Assembly (NCBI GenBank): GCA_958009085.1
Contig: OY253687.1
Location: 620,001-684,000 of the forward strand
Origin: Protoeuglena noctilucae
Lineage: Eukaryota
Direction of reading: 5' to 3'
DNA length: 64,000 nucleotides
Positions 1 to 12,008 of this stretch are shown here, in pieces (within the stretch, counting starts at the first letter, position 1; each line of letters opens with the position of its first letter). A program made the translations under genes and the position numbers. The notes under the pieces were generated by a model that was given only the letters and a program-made list of their open reading frames with translations, did no database searches and was not told the origin of the DNA.

Positions 1-106
1 AAAGCGCGTACCACCAAGCAATGCGCGGCCGGGCAATGCGCGGCACTGGCTCGCAAAGAGGTCGGCGTTGCAAGTTCGCTGGGTTTTCCCAGCCCCAAAC
101 ACTCAC

Positions 107-250
107 CTCGCGGCGCGCATGGTGTCCGTGACGAAGGCTGGCGACCTTCTTGGCCGCTGAGATGCGCCTCAGATTGAGCGTCGCCGCGCGGTGCACGGCC
201 GTCTCCCACGCCCCGGATTTGCGCCGGCTTTTGTCTGCTTCTTGCGTCAT
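107..250 (-). CDS. First coding exon of a second (tandem) bestrophin-like gene; the rest lies outside the window
   Basis: ATG at 250 reads MTQEADKSRRKSGAWETAVHRAATLNLRRISAAKKVASLRHGHHARRE, followed by a GTGAGT donor. It aligns with exon 1 of the 889-3286 gene (MAQQSENTRRKSGTWLAVEKALHRVATLNLRQITAAKRVASIHGHHARHE|gt) with the same intron position. Missed by the ORF track. Confidence 0.8.
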
Positions 251-888
251 ACGGCTGTGGCTACGGCGGGGCAGCGGCGATGGGCGACGGGAGATTTGAC
301 CCTGCCAGCAATAAAAACCGGGGGCAATCCGCCCCTCGCCACGAGGCAGGCGCACGCGATCACGACGGCAAGCCTCCGAGTGACGATTGCATCGCGGTCG
401 GTGGACCATGTGGGGAACACAGGCCGAGGCTGAGCGCATGTCAGGGCCTCAGTCAGGCGTTGGGTGCGAGTGACCAACCATTCCGCTTTGTCAAGCACAG
501 CATTTTCAAACCCGACATGGTACAGAAGTCCGCAAGAGAACCTTCCCACTAGAAAAGGAAACACAGAGACGAGGAAGTGTCCTATGAAACGAGAAGCTCC
601 CTTCTTTCCAGCCCAGCCGAGCGTGCTACCTCCTCAAAGCACGGTGGCGCTCGCCCGGCTCGGCTGTGTCTCCGATGCCAGGGGCATCCAAAGATGGCGC
701 CCTGGCGTAGCAAACGAGGTCCCGCCCCAGCAAATGCATGGGGCTGCGTTGGTTCGGGGAACCCAAAACCCAAGTCCCGAAACCCGAAAAGCGATCCCTT
801 GTCCCAGGCTCAAAGAGCTGTTGATCGCGCAGAACACGAACCCGTGTCGAGTGGCCGAGTGCCCTGAGTTGTTACGGCGCACCGTGCC

Positions 889-3286
889 TCACTTGGGGGG
901 CGCGGGGGCATTGTTGGCGCCCGATGACACGACGGGAACCCTGCTGGCCGGTCTCGACACGGTAATCACCGTCTCTTCCGCCTCATCCGCCCCGTCGTTC
1001 CACGTGACGGTCCTGCCGTCCCTGGCGCCCGGCTGCCGTGGCTCTGCTGAGTGCGACACGTTGGGGCTGAACCACACTGCCCCTGCCTTGGAGGAGGAGG
1101 GCGCCGTGGGTGGCGTCGTGCCGTCCTTCGCCGAGTGTCCCTCGCCGTGATTGGGCCCGCCCTTCACGTACGAGTGGACTACCTCGTTGATGTCCTCCGA
1201 CGACGCCAGACCCTGCGGCACGAGCATGGGCGGTGTGACGGAGCGTGGTAACCATGTCGACGCATGCCACGCGTGCGTGACTGGCAGGTCAATGCGTGAC
1301 ATTGGTCTGGGCACGCGCCCAGGGCAGCGAGCCAACGCGATGCGAGCCTCCCAGAGCTACCCCCTGAGCGGCCCATCGCTCGCCGTCAATGCCGCTCTCC
1401 AGATGGCAGGGTCTTGCACTTCGCAGGTCATCAGGCAGTAAAGCACTGCCGAGGTCATGCGGGGCTCGAGCTTGTGGTCCGTGGGGTCCAGCCCAAAGGG
1501 ATTCTGCGAATGAGACGATGAGTCGCCTTGCCTTGCTGCCCAGAACACCCGGGCACCCCAACACAAGCTGAGCACGGTGCCTGTAGCTTGGGCCTTGCCC
1601 GACCAACGCAGTGCGCCCTGCGCTGCCCCGCCGTTCACCTCGAGCTGCCACGAGACACGCTCGAGCCCGATCATCGCGAACATCAGGAACAGGCAGTAGA
1701 TAAGCGAAATCCACCCGACGCCCTCCCCCATCAGCACACAGGGCACGGCCAGCAGCCACAGGACAAGCAGCTTCCGAATGTGTGCCATGTAGGCGAACGG
1801 AAGGGGCATCTCAACTAGCTTGAAGCAGTCTGCGAGGTCGCGCATGAGACTGTTGAGGTTTCTGGGGGGGCGAAAGCTCCGAGACGTGATCAGACACTCC
1901 CCTTGAATCCGGCCAAGCAAGGCAGCACGCTCGTTGCGCTGCAGGCCGACTCTCACTTCTCCAAATGGTTGCACATCCTCTCGGAAAGCCACAAGTCCAG
2001 CATGCGCACGAAGGCAGTCTTGTAGATGTTGACCACGCATCCCCAGACCATGCAAGGGCTGACGGTCAGTTGCGCACGCTCCTGCGGCCTCAAGAGCGCC
2101 ACCACAGCGGGAGGAAGGACGGCCACGTTGCGAGACCCATCCGACCGCAGCTTATGCTTGATCAGGTGCGGGATGCACAGCTGCGGCAAGGGCTCGGGAC
2201 GGTCAGCTGAGTGTCGACGCATCTCGGTGCATCCCAGGAGCACGCTTGAGCAGCCAGCGACGACGCCGCTCTCACCATCAGTCTCGTGATGGTCTCGTAG
2301 AGCTCCTGGGTCTCCGGCGTGTCGCGCTTCGTGGCAGAGGCGAAGTGCGCAGCGGCGTTGCGGAACTCGGTCATTGCCTGCACAATCTTTGTGGCCCCCT
2401 CCCACCACCGCTCAAAGGCACAGTTGACCAGGAAGCCCAGCAAGAACGCCACCAGCGTCCTGCGGAGGGGCCAAACAGGTCCGCGAGCGTGACAAGTCGC
2501 AGGGAGCGCAGAGGCAGCGCATCACGCAGCATGTTGCACTCCATCGCGTGCTGCTTGCCAATGCCGTTTCCGCTCACCCCGACGCGTGCAGGTCGCTCAT
2601 GGTCACCATGAGCGAACCAAAGTCGACGAGCCCGGTCTGCTGCAGAGCCGCTACGCCGCACACAAACGCGGCGTACACCAGGATGCCGACCCACGGAACT
2701 CCGCCGCCCTTCAGGCTGCGCGCACAGGACCGGCAGCCACAGCTTGCCTACATCGCCATCCGTGACTGCTGGCCGGCCGCCATCGCCGCGGCGACAGGGC
2801 GCCCGGCTCGAGTGCGTCACAACGGCTGGAATGGGGCCCCTCACCTGGTTGTCGACCGCACCCACGCCGTAAAGGTGTTCGGATTCAATCCATCCAGGCG
2901 CCAGAGCTGCAGGACGTCCTGCAGGCGCAAAAATCCCTTACCGGTCGGCGACTAATTTTTTGCGCCTTCCACCCCATACGGGCTGGCGCGACGCGGAACA
3001 GAAGAAGTTGAAGATGCAGGAGGAGCAAGCGGCCTTCCTCGCCCGGCGGACGCGCGGCCAGAGCCCGTGAGGTCGGCCATCGCAAGCCCAAGCTTTGTAG
3101 AGCCGGGCTGAGGCGGGATGGTCCAGCCAGCGTCACCTCATGGCGCGCATGGTGACCGTGGATGCTGGCGACCCTCTTGGCGGCTGTGATCTGCCTGAGA
3201 TTGAGCGTGGCGACGCGGTGGAGCGCCTTCTCCACCGCGAGCCAAGTGCCCGACTTGCGCCGGGTATTCTCTGACTGTTGTGCCAT
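889..3286 (-). CDS. Bestrophin-like (UPF0187/YneE-type) anion channel, multi-exon
   Basis: Exon peptides FLLGFLVNCAFERWWEG, MPLPFAYMAHIRKLLVLWLLAVP and GLERVSWQLE|NPFGLDPTD match bestrophin motifs; GT-AG introns; low-complexity C-terminal tail. Confidence 0.85.
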
Positions 3287-3609
3287 GCTGCTGGAGCCAC
3301 GGCGGGGGAAAACGGGGAATTCAAACGGGGGAAAACTGGGGCGGTGGCGTCACGAGAAGGCGGGCATGGCGCCGCTCGCTGTACGAGGCGCGAACGCAAT
3401 CTCGACGGCGTATAGCCGAGCAGGTCGGTTTGCCGCAAAGATGGCGTGCGGCTGCTGGGGAGGACCCCACATGTCTGACGTTTCACTCCCTGGCGAGGCG
3501 CTCTTCGACGCCATGCGCTGCAGAGATGGTCGAGATCCTTAAACTGGCGAGCGCGGTGGCTGACCCACCCGAGGGAACGGCAGCCAGATTAGCCGCATAG
3601 CACCCGCCC

Positions 3610-6600
3610 TCAGCTTCCCGTAAGCTTCCCCAGCTGCGCCACTTGCCCGAGCATCTGCTCCCCCGACAGCAAGTCCGTGCATCCGTACAGCACCCGCCGC
3701 CCGCTCTGCGCCCCGCCCCGCCCCGCCCACTCCTGCAGCGCGATGGCCTCGGCGTAGCACCCACCCCCGATCATGAACACCACCACGTCGCGGGAAGGGG
3801 AGCCCTGCGCCGGCGCAGACCCCTTGGGCGCGCAGGGGTCGAACGTCACGTAGCCATCTGCGCAGGGCGAGGACACGTAGCAGAGTGGATAGCGGTGGGG
3901 CGACGCACAGCGGTGAGACGATGTTGTAGAGGAAGCCCGACCACAGCCTGAATGGCAAGCCACAATGGAAATCAAGCCGCTCCATCGAGACGCTCACCGG
4001 TCTCCGGCCCCTTGCGCCCCTCCGCCAGCGCGTCCACCGCGGCCACCGTCGCACACGTGCGTGAGCCTTGCAGCAACGTCTTGACGCCGGCCTTGACTTT
4101 GCTCAGGCCCTGGCCGAACGCCCGCTCCGCCCACCCCGTGAGCTGCGTCAGCCCGTCCCCCGCGGCCCCACGGCCACCCGCACCCGCACCGCTCTCGGCG
4201 CGCCCGCCGCCCTGCCCCGCCAGGTTCAGCCCCACCATCCGCCGCACGTATGCTGCCGCCGCCCACGCGTCCCCGTCCCCCTCCCCGCCCGCCCGCTGCG
4301 TCAGTCTCGCCAGCACGTCCTCCGGGGGTGGCGGCCGCGGCGACAGCAGCGCCACCAGCAGCAGCCGCAGCTTGTCTTGGGGAATACCCCGCCCTGACGT
4401 CAGCATGTCCTCCACCTCCGCCAGTGCCGCCTGCACCACCAGGGGCGAAGACGCGACCGACCTATTTAGGAGTATTTAGGAGTGCAGTGCCACGCTCACA
4501 TCCTCTATGTCTTGACACCCATCCCGTTGCCCTTCTGCCCTCACCTTCCCGGCCATTAAGTCGTTGGCAAGCTCATGATACCGATCCAGCGCCCGGGCCT
4601 TGATCTCCCGGAGCAGAGCCGTGGCGATGTTGGTGTGCTTGTCAAGCACCCGCTTGCGCTCGGTCAGCTCCGGCAGAGACTTGACCGCAGCCATCAGGCC
4701 CCGCGTGCTGTCCTGCAAGTGTGTCAGGTTAACCCGAATGCCAAGCCGCCCCAAAGGCATCTGAAACGCGCGCATCGCGATGGCACACCGCGCACGCAGT
4801 TTCACCTGCAGCATGGCCCCGCCGTCCGCGAAGACGTCCTGTCCCTGCGCGGCGCGCGCGTTGATTTCCTCCACCGCCACCTTGTACGCCTTCAGCTGGG
4901 AGTCGACACGCTCGGCCACGCGCGGGAAGGGCAGCGCACCGCTCTCGACCCAAAAGAAGTCGTCATCCCCCACCTGCGGTGCGTCAATCGAGACGATATC
5001 CACATGTCAGGCATATATGCGTGGTGGAAGAGAGCTCGAAAGGTGAGAGAAAGATGACATCGAGGGTGCAGCGCCGTGCAGACAAACACAGGCGCGGGCT
5101 TGCATCGGGCAAGGCCCTGGAGCGAGGCGAGGCTTGCACATAATCGCGATTGCACATGCGGGCACATGCGGACATAAGGTATAGCGCCTCTCACCTCATA
5201 CTTGTGCCCCTGTGCGGTGGCGCCTTGGGCCCCGTCCGCCGGGACTGACAGGCGGTTCATGTGCATGCCCAGCGTGTCGTGCACCATCGCCTTGTAGTGC
5301 CACGGGTGCCTGCGAGGAGACGACGCTCGCGGGGCAGCTGAGGGCTTCACCAGCACGTTCCACGCATCATGCATCACAGAGAGGACTCGACGCCAAGCCG
5401 TCAGCCACCCAGCGACGCCGGCCACATGTCCCTGTGTTCCGCCGCGCCCGCGCAACGCTCGTTCCGGCTGTCAGCGCAGTGTGTCACTCACGCGAGCGCC
5501 GTCGCGAGGTCGAAATTGCGCTCGAAAAGCACGAGGAGGGGCCGGTGGAGCTGGGAATGCTCTGGGAATACTCCCGTCTTGTTCTTGCGATAGTCCCGGA
5601 TGCGCGTGTCCAGTGCCGCGGCCACGTGCTCTGTGGCGCCTCCCCTGGGGCACTTGATGACAGGGACCTCTCCCAGAGTGGCGATGGCGCAGAAGAGGCC
5701 ATCCACAATGTCGGTCACTGCGGAGGTCAGGGAGGGAGGCGGGGTGGCAGTGAGGGTGGCAGCGGGGGTGGCAGTGAAAGTGGCAGTGCGGGTGGCAGGG
5801 GAGAGGCAGCGGCGGGGCAGGGAGATGCGTGGGCCTGTTGCTGAGATGACGAGGTGATGTAAAAGGGTGCTGGCTAGACCCAACCAAGAGACACACGCGA
5901 TTGCGGGCCGCGGATGGCTTGCTCACCGAGCGCCTCAATGTCGGCGTCTCGCGCCTTGGGGTTGTGCAGGCCCACGTAGCAGTCAGGGAGGTTGAGAGTG
6001 AAGAGGGAAGCCTGCGCGGGTGCCGATGGATTCTGGAGTGAGTGAGCAACGGGGAGTGAGCATGAAGCCATGCCTAGATTTCAAGCACGGCACGCGTGGT
6101 TGCCATGCGGAGTGATGAGCAGGTCGAGGAAGCAAGGCGAACGCCAAGCACAGCCTCACCTCCGGTGCGATGAACCCGAGCATCTGGTCGTGGACCGACC
6201 CTATGCGGTCGACGCACCCCGCCTTGACCGCGTGGTCCGCCATGCTCTCCAGGAGGTCCCGGGGGAGCGGCGTGACGAAGTTGAGGTGGAAGCGGGCGTA
6301 GGTGCCGACGGCGGCGTCCTGGACGGCCCGGGCGACGTTCGCGGGGGTGGGCTTGACCAGGTAAACGGCCGGCACGTCGGGGATGTTCTGACGATCCGTG
6401 TCGAGCAGCAGGTGGAGCGTGACGCCGTGGGAGCGCAGGTCCTTCACGTGCAGGAGCGGCGTCAGCACGTCGCGGCTGAAACGGTCCAGCACCAACACCT
6501 TGTAGCTCTCCTGCATGGCGAGGTCGGCGTGAGGGCGCGTGGAGCGGGTCGCGACTGAGGCCCGGGAGAGCGAGGCAGCCGAGGGCTGGCAGCCCGAGCG

Positions 6601-6853
6601 CCTCCACAAGGCGCACCTCGTTCTCCTCGGCTTTCCATCCGGGCGCCGGGGCCTTGTTCAGGTGCAGCATGCGGACAACCGCATCTGGAGGGGAACGGGG
6701 GAGGGATGTTCAGGCGCATCCGCGGAGAATTCGGCAAAGAACGGGTCAGAACAGACGCTGCAAGGCGACACACGCGGGTCACGCGAGGAGAGGCCGAGGG
6801 CAGGCGAGTTCTCTGCGACGTCGCGCACCGCATTGCTTCCTGCGGATGTCCAT
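3610..6853 (-). CDS. SLY1: Sec1/Munc18-family protein SLY1, multi-exon
   Basis: MDIRRKQC|DAVVRMLHLN; YKVLVLDRFSRDVLTPLLHVKDLRSHGVTLHL; RPLLVLFERNFDL; LPELTERKRVLDKHTNIATALL; VVFMIGGGCYAE; LYGCTDLL. Confidence 0.93.
5741..5800. repeat. Degenerate ~12-bp tandem repeat (GTGGCAG core, about 5 copies) in a SLY1 intron
   Basis: ggggtggcagtg agggtggcagcg ggggtggcagtg aaagtggcagtg cgggtggcaggg. Confidence 0.7.
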
Positions 6854-7198
6854 GGCTTGGAGGGGCCCAACGGGGCACAAAGCGCGTGCTCCTCAGATAA
6901 GGTGTGAACGTGACGCCCTATGACGGCTGGCTGGGGCCAGCGGCCCCACTCCCGGGCGATCGCCACGCGTGAAAGTTCTGGGGGTTCTGCGAGTGCAGGG
7001 GGTCTGAGATGGGCTACGTTCGCTTGCGGATCCCTCGTTTTCGCAGGAAATGCGCGAGCGCGCGGGATCAACGGACCGTTGCGTCGAGAGTTTCTCACGA
7101 CACAGGATACCGACACCGCCTGACGCATCCTGTGCCGCGTCGGGCTGGGCGCGCCCGCGCCCGGGTGTGTCGAGGTGCCGTCGCTCGTTCCGCGATCG

Positions 7199-7483
7199 CC
7201 TTTTTTCCGACGTTGCAAGGGTAGCTGCAGGTGAGCCGGGCGACTCGGGGTGTCGGCGGAGGTTGCTCGGTGCCGTTCGCGGCCGCCGCAGCAGCGCGGC
7301 GCGCGCTGCATATTCCTTCTCTCGCTTCGGTTCGCCGAATGCTCTCGAGCAGCCCGACCGACCCCTCCGCGCCTCGCACCCGGCCCCGCCCTCCTTGTGC
7401 AAGGGCGCCCAGGCACGGGAGCGCCGCGATGGAGAGGGACGCGGTCCGTAGCTGACGTCATGCCCTCCGCGCACCGGACGCAG
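7199..7483 (+). promoter_or_regulatory. Putative oligopyrimidine (TOP-like) start and 5'-UTR intron of RPL35a
   Basis: CCTTTTTTCC at 7199-7208; CAG|GTGAGC donor at 7231; GCTGAC branch-like site near 7451; acceptor CAG ending at 7483, 16 nt before the ATG. Confidence 0.45.
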
Positions 7484-7499
7484 GTGCGGGGTCGGCAAG

Positions 7500-8193
7500 A
7501 TGGCGGGCGAGCGTGTGCGCCTCTACGTCCGCGGCTCCATTCTGGGGTACAAGCGCTCCAAGGTGCAGCAGCACTCTCACACGTCGCTCATCAAGATCGA
7601 CGGGGTGGAGAGCAGGGAGGAGACGGACTTCTACGCGGGGAAGAGGATTGCCTTCATCTACAAGGCCAAGACGCCCAAGAAGGGCACCCTCTACCGCTGC
7701 ATCTGGGGCAAGGTGCGAGCTTGCGGGCCGCCCTCCTCATTCCCCGGCCCGCCGGCATCGCGCGGGCGCGGCAGCCGCCCTCTTGGGCTGCGGCACCCTT
7801 TCGCATTGGCCTGGCAGCCCCGGCCGCCGCCTTCGCCCGCGAGACCGCGCACCGCCATCTTTGTACTCTACAGGTCATGCGTGCGCACGGGAACTCGGGG
7901 GTTGTTCGCGCCAAGTTCCAGAAGAACCTGCCGCCTAAGGCTATCGGGGGCAAGGTGCGTGCCCCCCGCCCAGGCTGGCCCGCGCTTTTGTTCCGGTTCG
8001 CCTGTTCACCCTGCCGAGTGGATGGCAGGCAGTGTCCCGCGTCGGAGGTCCCGCGCGCTCCCCATGATGGCTGCCGCTCGTCGGCCGTGGGGCCTTTGCT
8101 CGCACCCGTCCGCGCGGCTTCGCGCATCCAGCTCAGGTGCGTCGCCCTCCTTTTCTGCAGGTGCGTGTGATGCTCTACCCCTCCCGCATCTGA
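7500..8193 (+). CDS. RPL35A: 60S ribosomal protein L35a (eL33), 3 coding exons
   Basis: [21 protein letters not shown]...[44 protein letters not shown]. Confidence 0.97.
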
Positions 8194-8764
8194 GACGTTC
8201 TTCTCCACGCGAAGGTCCATGCGAAGGTGCTGCCTGCGGCACACGAGCCTGGGAGGCGCTGGCCGAGAGGAGATCCGAGTTGCCTGATTGTCGGGGCTGT
8301 GGCACTCGCGGTAGGCATGGACGGGAGTGTACCCGCGTAGAGGGAGCACCGCAGTATGCTGCACGCTTGCCGTGCCTCCGCTCGCGCGGCAACGGCACAT
8401 TGTGCGTCCCAGCTCGCGCGCCTTTGAAAGTGTGGCCTGCACCGCGACCGCCTCATGCCGCAGGTCCCGCAATGGGGGTCGGAAAGCGAAGGTGACAAGA
8501 CAGAATGTTGTTGCACTTGTACGGCACAAAGGCAACCGCGCCTGCGCTGTTCGGGCTGTGTATCGACATTGCCTGTCTCGAGATCACCGAGGAAGGTCCT
8601 GGGTCGAAGCTATCGCCACCTGCTGTCGAAACGGGGCCCGTTAAGGGTCGCACCGTCGCGCCGAGGGAGCCCGGGGCCCCGCGGCCTGACCCAGTGGTGG
8701 CGAAATGGGGCAGCAAATCTCGAGAGGCGGGGAGGAGTCCGCGAATGTGGCCTGCGCGCCCGCA

Positions 8765-11700
8765 ATGCTGTGCTTGTGTCCCTCCAAAGAGGACGCCGTG
8801 GCCTCGCCCAGCCCGCTGACGCGCCGAGGTGACTGCGGCCCCATGTGACGCGTACCGTCCCGCGCATGCACAGATGCGCCGCCGCCGCTGTTCCCGCCAC
8901 GGATGCGCTGCCCGCCCCTAACTGTCGCGACGCTGCGCCCACGTCTTGGAGCGAGCACGCAATGGCGCATCGTCTTTCGCAGCGAAGCGAGCTAACGTTC
9001 TCACTCTCGATGCCGGACGGCCGAGAGGTGCAGCGTCCGCGCAGAACGCCCACCCATGGTGCCCCGTCCTCGCAGGCCGAAAAGCGGGCGGAGACCGCCG
9101 CCGAATCTATGCTCAGGACCCGATTCGTTATTTGGAGGACATTTCCGCGACGCTCTCCGTGCTTAGCGACTCGGATGGCTACCATCAGCGCTGGGGCCAG
9201 GCGCTCCAAGCTGGCCCGCAGGCACGCCAGGTTAGGGCCCGCGCGGCGTCCCCGCGCAGCTCCCTGGGGCCGCAGCGTCCCTTGCACGCCGAGCCGGTTC
9301 GCCCGTTTCGTGCCGCGCAGAAGTCCGGGTCCAGCAAGCGACCCCGTAAGTCGCCTCGGCCCTGCACAGAGGACGAGCAAGCCCTGCACCGGGCCTTCGC
9401 GTGCGTCCCTCGGGACCTCATCCGCCTCTGCCGCGATGCCGCCATCCACACAGTCCTGGCGCCGCCGCGCATGACCCTCCAGGCCCTGCAGGTCCGTCGA
9501 TGCGCGCTGCCTCGTGTCCCCACGAGCGCTGCGGCGTTTGCTCACCCTGCACACCCTGCGCACTTGCGGCGATGCCGATAGACTCAGACGTGACGTTGCT
9601 GCTCGCAGGACCTCCTCGCGTGCCCCCTGGTGGCCTGCATCGACCTGAACGGGCAGACCGTGAAAGACCGACGCTCATCGGCGCGGCTAGACGTGGACCG
9701 ACCCGTGGAGATCCGAAACGGCACCCTCGACCTGTCCGGCGCCGACGTGAACCTCGAGCGGTACGATCAAAGGCCCTTCTGCAGGTACGGGACGCTTACC
9801 GTGTATGCACTCAGGAGCTGCACAGGAGCTGCATTGCCTCAGCTGCCGCCGCCTGCCTGTCCATTCGGTAGCCCCGCCTCTGACGGTACAACTCCCCTTG
9901 CTTCTGTCGTTCAGGCGGGCCGGCGTCGTGATCCGTGGCCCGAACGTGACCCTCCGGGGCGTCCGCGTGATGGGCTGCGTGGGCTCGGAGGATCGACGCT
10001 CCTACGCCCTCCTCGCCTACCGCGCCCCGGGCCTCTTGCTGGAGAACTGCGAGGTGCAGGACAACGGGTGGAACGGCATCTGGGCGTTCGGGAAGGGCGC
10101 CGACGTCGCCATCGTCAACTGCAAAGTGTCGGGTGAGGGTCGAAGCGGAGAGTAGGGTACCTCGCGCGGGCTGTGGCGGGCTGTGGCAAAGGGCTGTGTT
10201 GCTAGAGGGCTAGGCTGACTGGGACTGACATCTTGCCCGTGCCTGCAGGGTGCCCCGGGAGTGGCGTGGGTGCCTGGGATGGAGCTCGCGTGGTGGCGAG
10301 AGACTGCGTGGTGGAGCACTGCGGATTCCAAGGCTTGGAGGTGAGAAACGAGCACCTGGCGCTGATGTGCTTTCACCGAGTTCCTGCGCCCTGCACAACG
10401 AGTCTGTCACATCGCAAAGTCATTTGGGTAGTGACACGTAATCCACCCCAGCGACATGCTCTTTCGTGCTGCCGCTTACAGGCGGTGCAGGCGGGGACCG
10501 AGTGCCATGTCGTGGGCGGGGTGTACCGAGACAGCCACCTGGGCGTCAACGCCTTTGCTGGGGCACGCATGCGGCTCGAGAATGTGGTGGTCGTGAAGAA
10601 CCGTCAGGTGAGGAGAACAGTGGGGCGATGATGAGGCCGACTGATGATGCACTTGCTATGCCCACGGGCATAGCGAAAAGCGAGGCCGATTGCATCTCGT
10701 GTCTGTGCTGCAGGTGGGGATCCGTGGGGTGCAAACTGGGACGGAAGTGGTCGTGGAGGGCTGCACGGTAGCGGACAACGCCTTATTCGCCATCAAGTCC
10801 GACGAGGGGGCTCGCGTGGTGCTCCGGGATGGCACGCGGGTGGGCCCGCACCAGACGCAGCTCGTGCAGTTAAACGGCGGCACGGTGCACGTCCTCAACG
10901 ACCAGGCGAGCGGAGGGCCCGAGTGGGGCGCAGGCGTGCTGCGCTGAGTTGCACTGCGGCTGCCTGTGGTCTGGGCACCCTGACGTGCTGCACCCTGCCA
11001 AGACTCTTGTGCCGCTTGCCGCGCACCCTCTGCGCGACTCAGGCCAGCCTTTCGTGCAACTTGGTGCACCATCTCCAGCCACCCGGGTCGCTCCGCCTTT
11101 GCTGCTGATAGGACGGCGCTCCGCTGGCCGACCTGGGCTTTGACGGGAAGTGGGAGGCGCCAGTTTTCAGTCCTCTTGAGACCGTCGCTACGGAGCCCCT
11201 TTCCAGCCAACCCACCAGCGAGACGCTACTGCACGCCGTGTCCATCGATGTGGCCGAGGGCGGCATGGGTGGCGCGGTGGACCCTCCGCCACAGCTGCCC
11301 AGGCACAGGGCGGAAGTGGACGGCGCGTTGGAGCTGGTGGCGCGGCCCGCCACGCCGCTGCCGTCGCCGCTGCCGCCCCAATCTTTGAGTCATGGCGTGC
11401 TGTCGGTCGGGCATCTCATGGGTGTGGGGGTTGCCGGCCACGGCACGACTGTGGTGCTGGGGTCTGCCCTGGCACTCCCGGCTGAGGTGCGCACCTCCTG
11501 CGCGTTTGGATCTATCAGGACTCTTGGCAGCACCGGGCGCCGCTCGCAGTCAGCCAGGCGAGTCTCTCCCACGCCGCGTCGCTTCTGCCGTCCTTGTTGC
11601 GATTGACGGCGTAGCGCTGGTTTGGCTGCGAGGGTGTGCCGGCTCTGTGACAAACGCGGCGGTCGGACGTTGCGCCTGCAGGGAGGTCTGGGGTGCCAAG

Positions 11701-11783
11701 GAGGGTGGAGCGGAGAGCCAGGGAGGGTTTGGAAAGGCCCCGTCATCGAGGGAGTGCGATCGCTACCGCTGCAACTGACATAG
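8765..11783 (+). CDS. Right-handed parallel beta-helix (pectin-lyase-fold) repeat protein, multi-exon; termini uncertain
   Basis: Repeats such as LLLENCEVQDNGWNGIWAFG, VVARDCVVEHCGFQGLE, MRLENVVVVKNRQ|VGIRGV and VVVEGCTVADNALFAIKS; phase-consistent introns; proposed start MLCLCPSKED. Confidence 0.65.
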
Positions 11784-12008
11784 GCTAAAGTAGGATCTAA
11801 CGGATCCTTTATCGATTCGCTGAGGATGTTTCACAATGAGTCCGGTTTCATTCGCGCTAGAGAGCAAGCAGGGATGCTTTGTCAAGGGGTAGGTCCGCTT
11901 GGAGTGGAGTTGGAGTAGGCTATTTGGTACTAGTTAGATTCGATTCTCTGAAGCCACAAGCACCGTCGGAACTCAGCAACTTCTGCTGGCGGGTGGCAGC
12001 GGGAGCCG

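Noticed and set aside
761..790. AAACCC-like motifs as telomeric repeats or telo-boxes
   Set aside because: Only 2-3 degenerate copies and no exact AAACCCT(A) array
10628..10674. ATGATGA...CTGA plus a GCTATGCCC/GGGCATAGC hairpin in an intron, as a possible snoRNA
   Set aside because: The C and D boxes are only 6 nt apart, with no guide region or terminal stem
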